Positions 17,092 to 28,046 of a DNA stretch of 32,000 bases are shown one piece after another (within the stretch, counting starts at the first letter, position 1; every line of letters begins with the position of its first letter). The notes below the pieces were generated by a model. The model did no database searches. It saw nothing but the letters and a program-made list of their open reading frames with translations, and was not told where the DNA came from. A program made the position numbers and the translations under genes. The DNA is taken from positions 990,001 to 1,022,000 of the forward strand of contig NC_003272.1 of assembly GCF_000009705.1 (NCBI RefSeq). Reading direction: 5' to 3'. This DNA comes from Nostoc sp. PCC 7120 = FACHB-418 (GTDB lineage: Bacteria > Cyanobacteriota > Cyanobacteriia > Cyanobacteriales > Nostocaceae).

Positions 17092-18441
17092 CAAGGCTAA
17101 TAAGTATGACAAAAGCAGATATAAATTATTATCTCCTATATGGGTGGTCACTATATAATCCTTGATAAATAAGCCGTCTGTAGGAAAACAGGGAAGTGGA
17201 ATTTATATATTAAGTTCAAATCTCACAAAAAAGAAATATCAAAAGTTCTGCAAAATTTTCTGCAATCCGGTAACTGTCAACCTAGAACTAATTGATAGCT
17301 TCAATTCTCAAAAAAATATAAATTTTTGTCTTTGTTTTTAATTAAAAATCAAGCTGTAATCCTTATGCAATAGGATTTTAAGTTTATTATACTTACCAAA
17401 AATCAAATCATCCTCCCGTAATATATGGCTATAAAAAATAATTTGATATTCATTCAATAAATTAATAAACCTGTGTTAAGCTGACAATAGGAATCAAAAA
17501 AGTAAGCAAGCGAAAAGACTTCAAGATAAATATTGAGGCAACTCAATAAAGTCCTTTTGCTCTGGTAAATCCACTTCAATATCGTTATGATTTTTATAGC
17601 GATAGAAATTATCCAGGTAAAAAGGATAGAAGCCTCACTAAAAACTTGAAGTCAATGATAACTGGCTGTGGTAATAATAGCCAGTGAAAATTGCCTCACA
17701 TTGCTAGTATTACAAGCCAGTGTAAATTACTCTAGGAGCCTGGGAAGAAAGACTCTTAGTAAAAGCTGGCAATCCCAAAGAAATCAGAACGGTTACTGAA
17801 CATAGCGCCAGAAATACTAACTATTTTGATCCGCCAACTATGTTCTGGCAACTGCTTATTTTGCCAAGGAAACTTCAATAAATAGTAGATAACCGTTCTC
17901 CAAGATTTAGGAATTTCAGCATATTGACAATAATCACCAATACATTGCCCAAATCGTAGTTTTAGGGGTTGCTGATGTACGGCTTTACTGCTGTAGGTAG
18001 ATATTTATGTACCTGCATAGATAGTAAACCATCTGAGTGATTTTGCAGGAATATTTGCTAGAAATTACCCAAAAAAGAGCAGACTTAGAATTACTAAGCA
18101 TTGATGACATATACAAGTGCAGGAAACTTGTAAAAACCATTCGGAGTGGATGGCAAATTTGGTTAGTTGGGTTCAGGAATAAAACCTGGATAAATTTAAA
18201 TTGCCACTGTAGCCACTCTTAAGGCCTGAGCAACCGATGGTGATTTATCACAATAACCTGCAATATATATGTCTAGCTTAACGAAGCTTTGCTCTGCATG
18301 AGCAGATACAACTTTGTCTGAATAGGAAGTCCTAGAAGCCACTCTAAAACTCCGACTTCATTTTAGGAAACTATCTGACTGTGCTTTTGGTGATACTTGC
18401 AATCTTTCCTCAATACAAATCCTTATCTACGCAACCTCTAA

Positions 18442-19389
<948 letters not shown>

Positions 19390-19416
19390 GTAATGTGATG
19401 CAGTTCTGATAGGGTT

Positions 19417-19450
19417 TATAACCCCGACTTTTAAACAAGTCGGGGTTATA
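19417..19450 (+). terminator. Perfect 14-bp stem-loop (tataaccccgactt / aagtcggggttata, 6-nt loop) 28 nt after the nifH stop
   Basis: Read directly. No U-tract follows it, so it may be a terminator or an RNA-stabilising hairpin. Confidence 0.5.
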
Positions 19451-19570
19451 CCATGTGAATTGGGAATTGGTATAACGTCCCACTTGCACCGTGTAGGATT
19501 ACAGCTGTAGCCAGATAGATTAGGACATCAAGCCAAGATAAAACCCTGACAACACAAGAATTTCAAGTCT

Positions 19571-19591
19571 GTCAACCGTCAACCGTCAACA
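19571..19591. repeat. Heptamer tandem repeat (gtcaacc gtcaacc gtcaaca)
   Basis: Read directly. It lies in the convergent nifH/GH13 spacer. Confidence 0.7.
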
Positions 19592-19649
19592 GCTATAACA
19601 TTGGATTATTGAAACCTTGGTATGGCAAAGCCTACCGTATCATACTTTT

Positions 19650-19666
19650 GGTGGGCATTGCCCACC
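19650..19666. repeat. Small GC-rich palindrome GGTGGGCA-T-TGCCCACC, of a kind dispersed in Nostocales genomes
   Basis: Read directly. I recall this palindrome type as a recurrent intergenic element in Nostoc/Anabaena genomes; that recollection is unverified here. Confidence 0.4.
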
Positions 19667-19736
19667 CTACAGATACTTAGATTTTTATACACAAGTGTAG
19701 AATACGCCAGTAATAATCAAATCGGATTCCTAGTTA

Positions 19737-21395
19737 TTACTGCCAAACAAATACCTTAGCTTCATAAGGCCCGATATCAGTAATGATACCATCATCACCA
19801 GCTTCAACATCATAGTCGCCAGTCCACTCATGCCATGTACCACCGGAGGGGAAATTAGGTACATGATAACCAGCGAGGAAATCTTCGGAGAAATTCGTCA
19901 CGACTACCACACGAGAACCTTCATCATTCCAACGGCTGTAAGCTAATACCTTGGCTTCGGGATTTTCGTGGATGAAATCAATATTTTCTGTATACAACGC
20001 GTGATTATTCTTACGTAAACCAATCAAACCTTTATGGTAATCAAACAAACTACGATTAAGATCATTACCTAAGAGTGTCCAATCAATTTTAGATTGGTCT
20101 TGTTGTTTGGGTTTATATTCGCCGAATTCTTCTCCCATCCAAATCAAAGGTACACCAACAGCTGTCATTAAAATTGCAGTTCCTAGTTTAGCTCTTCTAA
20201 AAGCTTCGTCGTGAAAAATTTCTCGATTACCTAGCTCCACCATGATATGGTCGTGGTCATGGTTGGTGAGATAGTTGACAACATTAGTTGCACCCAAAAA
20301 ACCTTGGCGTTTAGGGTCAATGACATCTTTGAGGTTTTCTAAATCAAAGGTGTCACCACATATATGAGCTTTAATCGTGTGGTAAAAACTATCATGCCAA
20401 CATCCATCCATTGGCCCATCTAGATTAGTAATGCTGGTGGTTTCTGGGATGTGTTCAGCAACATTGTAGAATGGTTTTGCCCCCGCAGTTTTCTTGGCTT
20501 CTTGAGCAATCCAGTGCATGAAATCATAGTTGGCTATTTGCCTTGCAGCATCGTAGCGAATGCCATCTAGATGATATTCTCCGACCCAATATCTGACTGT
20601 ATCACCAATAAATTTTCTTGCTGGGTAAGTCTCTAAATTTTCATCATAATGTTCGTAATTAAACTCTGGCCCCCAGTTATTATCAGGGTCGCGGGGTTCA
20701 TGATGATACCAGTAGTCATGGTCTATTTGTGTCAATGGACTAGATGCTTCTGAGTGGTTATAAATCCCGTCCATAATGATACGAATACCTCGTTGATGGC
20801 ACTCGTCAACCAATTTTTTCAAATCAGCCGTAGAACCATAGCTGGATTCAGTAGCAAAAAAATAGCGAGGATTATAACCCCAACTATAATCGCCGGGATA
20901 TTCTTTTACTGGTAACAACTCAATGGCATTGATACCCAATTCACACAAATAATCTAACTTTTCAATAACGTGTTTGTATTTACCGCGCGCATAGGGGTCA
21001 TCTTCTCCACCAGAAAAGTCGCCTACGTGTAATTCATAAATAACTAATTCATGGTCAGCAGGTAAAGGTTTATCATCATGTTGCCAAACGTATGTATCAA
21101 CAATTTTTTCGCCATCTTTGATTCTAGCGATGCTGTTATCTTTACCACTTGATTCATCAATATCAGTGGCATAAGGGTCTGTTACATCTACCCATTGGTC
21201 TTCTTCAAAAAACCATGATCTTGTTTGTACACGAAATTTATATTGATACGTACCGTCTTCTAATTCAACAGTTGTGCGAAAATAACCATCATCCCCTTTT
21301 TTCATGGGAATTTCTTGCCAATCAGAAAATGATGCGATTAATGCCGCGCCTTTGTTATAGGGTGCAAATAAGGTAAATTCAATGGGCTTTGCCAT
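19737..21395 (-). CDS. GH13 alpha-amylase-family glucan hydrolase/transferase with an N-terminal CBM48/E-set domain
   Basis: 552 aa. An N-terminal beta-sandwich-like region (FTLFAPYNKGAALIASFSDWQ...YQYKF) is followed by GH13 conserved regions (GIRIIMDGIYNHS, LDGIRYDAARQI, EH, NHDHD). Confidence 0.88.
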   Translation of the reverse strand: MAKPIEFTLFAPYNKGAALIASFSDWQEIPMKKGDDGYFRTTVELEDGTYQYKFRVQTRSWFFEEDQWVDVTDPYATDIDESSGKDNSIARIKDGEKIVDTYVWQHDDKPLPADHELVIYELHVGDFSGGEDDPYARGKYKHVIEKLDYLCELGINAIELLPVKEYPGDYSWGYNPRYFFATESSYGSTADLKKLVDECHQRGIRIIMDGIYNHSEASSPLTQIDHDYWYHHEPRDPDNNWGPEFNYEHYDENLETYPARKFIGDTVRYWVGEYHLDGIRYDAARQIANYDFMHWIAQEAKKTAGAKPFYNVAEHIPETTSITNLDGPMDGCWHDSFYHTIKAHICGDTFDLENLKDVIDPKRQGFLGATNVVNYLTNHDHDHIMVELGNREIFHDEAFRRAKLGTAILMTAVGVPLIWMGEEFGEYKPKQQDQSKIDWTLLGNDLNRSLFDYHKGLIGLRKNNHALYTENIDFIHENPEAKVLAYSRWNDEGSRVVVVTNFSEDFLAGYHVPNFPSGGTWHEWTGDYDVEAGDDGIITDIGPYEAKVFVWQ

Positions 21396-21634
21396 AAAAA
21401 TCAGTAAAATATAAAATGCTAGTATTAAGCATTTTCTAAATTATTAATCAATTTGCAAATCGGTCGCAGGAAATAATTAGTTTTATACTTCCTCTATCAG
21501 CAGATGGATGGTCTACTCTATCAATGGATTATTTATTGGTAACTCAAATATTTAAATGCTGATATTTAGACAAAAATATATTGTCTACTGCCATAGGTTA
21601 TAGATTCATAAATAATATTTTTTATTACCTAAAA

Positions 21635-21678
21635 GCAAATATTCGGGGAAAAATGATCTTAATTAACCGAATATTTGC
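21635..21678 (-). terminator. Intrinsic terminator for the DUF1823 gene (12-bp perfect stem gcaaatattcgg/ccgaatatttgc, then UUUU on the minus strand)
   Basis: Read directly. The stem starts 10 nt after the stop codon. Confidence 0.6.
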
Positions 21679-21687
21679 CAAAATGTA

Positions 21688-22065
21688 TTATTTACCTTGA
21701 TCAACCTGCTGCTGCAAATAACTTAGCAACCAGTTAGCCGCAGTAGCTCTGCGAGTTTCCCGTGGTGTAAAGGTACCAATTTTATAACCTTTAAAGCCTA
21801 ATTTCTCTTTGGTAATTTGTTTGTATTGTTTAGGAATAGAACGAGTTAATTTCATCGTTGCTGGACGACTTTCTAGAAAGTTTGGTGGTTCTGGATACTC
21901 ATCGCGCCATTCTGGTGCAACTATGTTGTTGTCCCATTTATCTGTTGTTGCGTTATAGCGATAGCCTAAGTAATACCAAACTAATTGCATGACCGTGGCA
22001 TCATCGATTTGATCGTTGAGAATACCCCAGATAGTATCTGGATTCAATGGTGGCAGTTCAGACAT
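21688..22065 (-). CDS. Conserved cyanobacterial/plastid-lineage protein, probably DUF1823 family
   Basis: 125-aa ORF with protein-like composition. The N-terminus (PPLNPDTIWGILNDQIDDATVMQLVWYYLGYRY) resembles DUF1823 proteins as I recall them. Confidence 0.65.
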   Translation of the reverse strand: MSELPPLNPDTIWGILNDQIDDATVMQLVWYYLGYRYNATTDKWDNNIVAPEWRDEYPEPPNFLESRPATMKLTRSIPKQYKQITKEKLGFKGYKIGTFTPRETRRATAANWLLSYLQQQVDQGK

Positions 22066-22171
22066 AAGTAATGCAGAATTCAGAATTTTAAATTAGCAGA
22101 CTTCGATCTAAAAAATCCGTTCCTGATTCACAAACAATGTAGACTGGTGATCGTAAACAATAGATAGGTCA

Positions 22172-22477
22172 ATGCCAAATTCTACACCACAGTCGCAGCT
22201 AATTCGCGCCCATGTCTTCGTTACTGGTAGAGTGCAGGGGGTAGGTTTTCGTTACTCTACCGTCGATACAGCGAGTCAATTGGGTCTAACTGGTTGGGTG
22301 CGGAATCTTCCTGATGGTCGTGTAGAAGCGGTATTTGAAGGGGTGCGGGACATTGTAGAAGATATGGTGAGGTGGTGTCACGCAGGCCCACCGGCGGCTG
22401 TGGTTCAAGATGTGGCGGTTGAATATGAAGAGCCGGAAGGGTTGCGGGGATTTGAAGTGAAACGGTTGGTGAAGTAA
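22172..22477 (+). CDS. acyP: Acylphosphatase
   Basis: 101 aa with the signature V.GRVQGVGFR and GWVRN motifs. Confidence 0.9.
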   Translation: MPNSTPQSQLIRAHVFVTGRVQGVGFRYSTVDTASQLGLTGWVRNLPDGRVEAVFEGVRDIVEDMVRWCHAGPPAAVVQDVAVEYEEPEGLRGFEVKRLVK

Positions 22478-22534
22478 GTTTAATTGTAATTGACTTAGGG
22501 AAGCGATCGCACAAATGTTAATCACAAACTCTCT

Positions 22535-23353
22535 TCAACTATCAACAGGCATAAATACGTACATATCTACCTGAGAGTACTCTTGAAATCCCATCTGACG
22601 ATATACGTTTACTCCCATTTGCGATGCTTGCAATGTGCCTACGTGATATCCCAGGGCATGGGCTTTTTCTAGTGCAGCTAGGGTTATTGCTGTAGCGAAT
22701 CCCCTTTTCCTTGCTTCTGGGGCGGTGGCGACGACATAAATCCCAGCTACTTGTCCATCTAGATACAATGCTGATGTGGCGACAGGTAAATTATTGGCAT
22801 AACCAATAAACCGGATATATCTTTCAGAATCCCAGCCCAGACTTAATTCTAGGTTAAAAAAGGCATCCCATTGGGTACGGGGAACTTGAAAAGCGATCGC
22901 CGCTATTTCTACCCAATGTCTTAAGCTTTGTTGATCCCTGACTGGTATAATCGATAAATTATCCGTCGAAGACTTTTGTTCTGGTAAAGCCGACAAATCA
23001 ATTGCCATTACGGGCAATACCCCTAAGCTATTTAATCCGTGAGCTGCTAAATGCTTTGCCAAATCAGCTGGTTGAGTTCCTGTCCCCGTCCACCACAACA
23101 TCGGTAATTGCTTCGTTCTAAAGTAGTCAAGGGTGGTAATAATAGTGTTATCTATTTGTTCAGGTTGCAGTTGGGTATGGACAACACCATTAAAAAATGG
23201 AAAAACTACCCCAGTGGCAAAACGAACCAAGTTAGAGCCAGAGTAGAGTTCGCAACCAGCACCATGTGCATAGTTAGTAAAAAATGCGAACATATTGTTT
23301 TCCAGGACTGTTACTAAGTTGGGTGCGGATAAATCCTTTAAAATTTGGTTCAC
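22535..23353 (-). CDS. GNAT-family N-acetyltransferase
   Basis: 272 aa. The C-terminal acetyl-CoA binding motif (VATAPEARKRGFATAI) is typical of GNAT motif A. Confidence 0.8.
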   Translation of the reverse strand: MNQILKDLSAPNLVTVLENNMFAFFTNYAHGAGCELYSGSNLVRFATGVVFPFFNGVVHTQLQPEQIDNTIITTLDYFRTKQLPMLWWTGTGTQPADLAKHLAAHGLNSLGVLPVMAIDLSALPEQKSSTDNLSIIPVRDQQSLRHWVEIAAIAFQVPRTQWDAFFNLELSLGWDSERYIRFIGYANNLPVATSALYLDGQVAGIYVVATAPEARKRGFATAITLAALEKAHALGYHVGTLQASQMGVNVYRQMGFQEYSQVDMYVFMPVDS

Positions 23354-23426
23354 CGGAAAACTCCTATTACAGAGTGAGTGCTGGGTAATGAGTAATGAAG
23401 TTATTCTCCCTGCTACCTGACCGTTC

Positions 23427-24413
23427 TCACTTCATCACTAAAACGGCAGACCCCTCTATTTTGCCACTACGTAGAGCATCTAAAGCCTCATTAGCTTGAG
23501 TTAAGGGGAAAGAATTAACTTCAGTACGAATGGGGATTTGCGGCGCTATAGTCAGAAACTCTTCCCCATCTTGGCGTGTTAAATTAGCTACAGACCTTAA
23601 CACCCGTTCTTCCCACAGAATGCTGTAGGGAAAGGAGGGAATATCGCTCATGTGAATACCAGCACAAACAACTACACCACCTTTAGCAACCGCACGCAAG
23701 GCGGTAGGAACTAGTTTCCCGACTGGTGCAAAAATAATCGCTGCATCTAAAGGTTCTGGCGGTAATACATCTGAGTCACCAGCCCAATTTGCACCTAATT
23801 GACGGGCAAATTCTTGACCTACAGTATCCCCAGGACGAGTAAAAGCAAATACTTTCCGCCCTTGATAACGCGCTAATTGAATTAAGATATGAGCAGAGGA
23901 ACCGAAACCGTAAAAACCTAGTTTCTCAGCATTCCCAGTCATGTTGTAAGCCCGGTAGCCAATTAAGCCGCCACATAACAGAGGTGCAGCTTGTAAATCT
24001 GGATAACTGGGGTCTAAAGGAAAACAAAAGCGGTGGTCAGCTACTGTATAGTCTGCATAGCCTCCGTCTAGATTGTAACCTGTAAACTCAGCATAATCGC
24101 AGAGGTTTTCCCGCCCAGAAAGACAGTAAGGACAATGAGCGCAAGTATGACCTAACCAAGGTACACCAACCCTTTGACCTAGATGAAATTGATCAACTTT
24201 TTCACCTAACGCCTCAATCGTCCCCACAATTTGATGCCCCAATATCAAAGGTAATTTTGGGTGTGTCAATTCTCCATCAACTATATGTAAATCTGTGCGA
24301 CAGACAGCGCAAGCATGAACACGAATCAATACTTGCTCAGAATTAGGTTTTGGTACTGGTAACTCTGTCAGGCGTAAGGGTTGACGCGGTGCGTCTAAAA
24401 TCATGGCGCGCAT
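23427..24413 (-). CDS. Zinc-dependent alcohol dehydrogenase (MDR superfamily)
   Basis: 328 aa. It has a catalytic Zn motif (CAVCRTDLH, GHQIVG), a structural Zn cysteine cluster (CAHCPYCLSGRENLC) and a Rossmann GxGxxA-like motif (FYGFGSSAH). An alternative start at M4 is possible. Confidence 0.9.
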   Translation of the reverse strand: MRAMILDAPRQPLRLTELPVPKPNSEQVLIRVHACAVCRTDLHIVDGELTHPKLPLILGHQIVGTIEALGEKVDQFHLGQRVGVPWLGHTCAHCPYCLSGRENLCDYAEFTGYNLDGGYADYTVADHRFCFPLDPSYPDLQAAPLLCGGLIGYRAYNMTGNAEKLGFYGFGSSAHILIQLARYQGRKVFAFTRPGDTVGQEFARQLGANWAGDSDVLPPEPLDAAIIFAPVGKLVPTALRAVAKGGVVVCAGIHMSDIPSFPYSILWEERVLRSVANLTRQDGEEFLTIAPQIPIRTEVNSFPLTQANEALDALRSGKIEGSAVLVMK

Positions 24414-24603
24414 AAGCAGGGCGTAAGGAGTGGGTATTTGTATGGTAATGAAATGCTTACCTGTTAGTCCTATAACTAAGGGTGCAAAGTTGTAATTAGT
24501 ATTACAAGATTGGCGATTTTGGCATTATGGCAGGGCGAAATGGAGCAGCGATCGCTACATTAGTAGAATATAGTTACCCATAATCTGCGGCTCACATCAA
24601 ACC

Positions 24604-26712
24604 ATGAGTGCGAATACTACCATCACTGATAATCCCTTACTTAAAGGTTCTGGCTTGCCTCCATTTACGGAAATTCAACCAGAACAAGTACAACCAGCCT
24701 TTCAACAACTATTGGCGGAACTGGAACAAGAACTGACTACCTTAGAGGCAAATGTACAGCCTACTTGGGATGGCTTGGTCGAACCTTTAGAAAAGTTAAG
24801 CGATCGCCTGACCTGGAGTTGGGGTATAGTAAATCATCTAGTGGGTGTGAAAAATAGCCCAAAACTACGTGTAGCCCATGAAGCTGTACAACCACAAGTA
24901 GTACAATTTATCAACAAGTTGGGACAAAGCCAACCCATCTACAACGCTTTTAAAGAACTCCGCGCCAGCGATAGTTGGAAAACGCTCGACTCAGCCCAAC
25001 AAAGAATTGTGGAAGCAGCTATTCGGGATGCTGAACTATCCGGTGTGGGCTTGCAAGGAGAAGCGCGGGAACGTTTCAATGCCATTCAAATGGAATTAGC
25101 AGAACTGGCTACCAAGTTCTCTAACCACGTCCTCGATGCAACTACAGCCTTTAGTCTCACCCTCACCACTAAAGCGGAAGTTGACGGTTTACCCCAAAGT
25201 TTACTTAGTTTAGCAGCACAAGCAGCACGGGCAGCTGGTGCAGAAAACGCCACACCAGAAAATGGCCCTTGGCGCATTACTTTAGATATTCCCAGTTATA
25301 GCCCCTTCATGCAGCACAGCACCAGACGTGATTTGCGCGAAAAGCTTTACAAAACTTATATTACCCGCGCCTCATCTGATGAATTAGATAACAACCCCAT
25401 CATTGAACGGACTTTAGAGTTACGCCAAGAACTGGCAAACTTATTGGGTTTCCAAAATTATGCCGAGTTGAGCCTAGCCAGTAAAATGGCTCCCAACGTG
25501 GAAGCGGTTGAAGCACTATTAGAAGAATTACGCAGCGCTAGTTACGATGCAGCCGTTAAAGACTTAGAAGCCTTGAAAGCCTTTGCAGCCTCCAAGGGAG
25601 CGCCAGAAGCCGCAGACTTACGACACTGGGATATTAGTTTTTGGGCTGAACGCCAACGAGAAGAAAAATTTGCCTTCACCGCCGAAGAACTACGTCCTTA
25701 CTTTCCCCTACCCCAAGTCCTCGATGGCTTATTTGCACTGGTGCATCGGTTGTTTGGCATCACTGTTACCCCGGCAGATGGCCAAGCCCCAGTTTGGCAC
25801 AAAGATATCCGTTATTTCCAAATAGCTGATGAAACGGGTAGCCCCATCGCCTATTTCTACCTAGACCCCTACAGTCGTCCCGCCGAAAAGCGTGGCGGTG
25901 CATGGATGGATACCTGCATCAATCGCGCCATCATCACAGAAAATGGTGTAACAACTGTGCGTTTACCTGTGGCTTATTTGGTATGTAACCAAACTCCGCC
26001 AGTGGACGGTAAACCTAGTTTGATGACATTCTATGAAGTAGAAACCCTGTTCCATGAATTTGGTCATGGGCTACATCATATGCTCACCAAGGTTAACTAC
26101 ACTGGAGCCGCAGGCATCAACAATGTAGAGTGGGATGCGGTAGAACTACCAAGTCAATTTATGGAAAACTGGTGTTATGAACGCACCACGTTATTTAGCT
26201 TGGCTAAACATTACCAAACTGGGGAAACTCTACCAGAACATTATTATCAAAAACTCCTAGCCGCCCGCAATTATATGAGTGGTAGCGGTATCTTGCGCCA
26301 ACTCCACTTTAGCAGCGTTGATTTGGAATTACACTCCCGCTATCGCCCAGGTGGTCAGGAAACCGCCGCCGATGTGCGTCATCGAGTTGCCCAAAAGACT
26401 ACTGTCTTACCACCACTACCAGAAGACGCTTTTCTCTGCGCTTTTGGACATATCTTTGCAGGTGGTTATGCTGCTGGCTATTACAGTTACAAGTGGGCAG
26501 AGGTACTAAGTGCTGATGCTTTCGCAGCTTTTGAAGATGCTGGGCTGGAAGATGAAGCCGCCATTAAAGCTACAGGTAGGCGTTATCGGGATACGGTGTT
26601 AGCTCTTGGTGGTAGCAAGCATCCGATGGAGGTATTTGCAGCGTTCCGAGGACGGGAACCGAGTACAACTTCTTTGCTCAAGCATAATGGATTGCTGCCA
26701 AATGCTGCTTAA
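24604..26712 (+). CDS. prlC: M3-family metallopeptidase, oligopeptidase A-like
   Basis: 702 aa with the zinc motif HEFGHGLHH and overall M3A layout. Confidence 0.88.
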   Translation: MSANTTITDNPLLKGSGLPPFTEIQPEQVQPAFQQLLAELEQELTTLEANVQPTWDGLVEPLEKLSDRLTWSWGIVNHLVGVKNSPKLRVAHEAVQPQVVQFINKLGQSQPIYNAFKELRASDSWKTLDSAQQRIVEAAIRDAELSGVGLQGEARERFNAIQMELAELATKFSNHVLDATTAFSLTLTTKAEVDGLPQSLLSLAAQAARAAGAENATPENGPWRITLDIPSYSPFMQHSTRRDLREKLYKTYITRASSDELDNNPIIERTLELRQELANLLGFQNYAELSLASKMAPNVEAVEALLEELRSASYDAAVKDLEALKAFAASKGAPEAADLRHWDISFWAERQREEKFAFTAEELRPYFPLPQVLDGLFALVHRLFGITVTPADGQAPVWHKDIRYFQIADETGSPIAYFYLDPYSRPAEKRGGAWMDTCINRAIITENGVTTVRLPVAYLVCNQTPPVDGKPSLMTFYEVETLFHEFGHGLHHMLTKVNYTGAAGINNVEWDAVELPSQFMENWCYERTTLFSLAKHYQTGETLPEHYYQKLLAARNYMSGSGILRQLHFSSVDLELHSRYRPGGQETAADVRHRVAQKTTVLPPLPEDAFLCAFGHIFAGGYAAGYYSYKWAEVLSADAFAAFEDAGLEDEAAIKATGRRYRDTVLALGGSKHPMEVFAAFRGREPSTTSLLKHNGLLPNAA

Positions 26713-26845
26713 GAAGTGAGGCAAGGAATTTAAACGCAGAGTGACGCAAAGGGTTAAACCGAGGAACGCGGAGAACTTGATACTTCTCTGCGCCTCTGCC
26801 TGAGATGATTTTGCAAATATGCCACACCGATTATTTAAATATAAA

Positions 26846-27109
26846 TTATACCAACCCGTGAATTTTTACTGCCACATCGACTGGGCTAATTTCTGGCTGA
26901 GTTCTACTTACAAAATAAGCAATTCCTCGGTAAATTAATTTATGAGCGACAAATGATAAACTAACTTGGTCTACTTCTACCTCTGGGTTAGTATCATAAG
27001 CAATTCCCCGGTACTTGAACTTATGAGATTGTTGAAGGTGGGAAACTGGGTATTTTTCCACTTGATTGGGTTCGGATTCGTAACTCAAACCACGATAGCA
27101 AAGTTTCAT
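26846..27109 (-). CDS. DUF4278-domain protein
   Basis: 87 aa. It starts MKLCYRGLSYE, and the YRG(I/L)(A/S)Y motif recurs three times, as is typical of cyanobacterial DUF4278 proteins. Confidence 0.75.
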   Translation of the reverse strand: MKLCYRGLSYESEPNQVEKYPVSHLQQSHKFKYRGIAYDTNPEVEVDQVSLSFVAHKLIYRGIAYFVSRTQPEISPVDVAVKIHGLV

Positions 27110-27586
27110 GTTTTTACTTCCTGAATCAATAAATTAACTCTTGATGATTACAAGGGTTTGTTTTACCTCCAGCAATCACCAACGTTATGCTTACTTGGGA
27201 GTTATCAGAGGTTGATTCGGGATTTACGCATTGATTAATGAAGAAATATTACGCAAAGAGTATTACTTCCTCTGTAAATTGACAACAATAACCGGATGTG
27301 GCGAGAAATTCCTAAAAATTTGTTAATGCTCTAGGTTAGTAGACTATGCAAACGAATGGCTAGGGGCGATGGTCTACCGTCTGCGAAACGCCATTGCTAG
27401 CTGTCATTGCCCATTCCCTACTCAATTATAATTCACGGGAAGATACTAACTGCTAAAGAAATCTTTGCCCATAGCGCTACTTTACAAAATTACATATATT
27501 AATCTCATTTAAATATATAAAAGTTTGTAAAATATTTGGGCATTTCTTTGTTGATATTTGCTAATTAATAGCAAAAATAAAGTAAA

Positions 27587-27615
27587 AAAAGACTTATTAT
27601 TATAATAAGTCTTTT
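27587..27615. terminator. Orphan bidirectional intrinsic terminator (14-bp perfect arms aaaagacttattat / ataataagtctttt)
   Basis: Read directly. It is flanked by A7 on the left and T4 within or after the right arm, so the U-tract is stronger for a minus-strand transcript. No annotated gene ends nearby. Confidence 0.5.
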
Positions 27616-28046
27616 CCATTATCTGAAATATAAAATAAATCTATTAATCCGGTGCTTTTTTTACATATTTTATCGGTTATATCAGCTATAATATCAGCCA
27701 ATCAAAAGAGGATTAACTTTGCAATATTTAACGTTCTTCTAATTAAAAATATTGAATATAGATTAAAAATAATAACTAACATCATAAATTGTGAATTTTA
27801 TCAGGCAATATTGAGAGTAAGCTTAATGATTGCAACCCCAATGAGAAGTTAAGTAACTCAAGTGCAATGAAACTTAAGGAACATTAGTCTCTTCAAAGGA
27901 ATTAATTTTTTGAGTGTTGATGGCTAATATCTATATAGTGGCATTGTGCTAACTTAACTACTAAGTTGTTGAGCCAGGTGGTGAACATTTCATCCGAACC
28001 AAGAAGAAAAATTAAACACCAAGCAACCTTAAAACAAGAACTAACA

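Noticed and set aside
27652-27852. A 66-aa plus-strand ORF, together with the 67-aa minus-strand ORF at 27902-28105
   Set aside because: The composition (I/N/K/F-rich) reflects very AT-rich DNA and shows no recognisable family. The second ORF overlaps the USP 5' region in antisense. Both are probably non-coding.
27966-28046. A TTG-initiated 27-codon extension of the USP gene
   Set aside because: The USP fold begins at MIEKILLAVSG (ATG 28047). The extension is low-complexity and arises from the longest-ORF rule.
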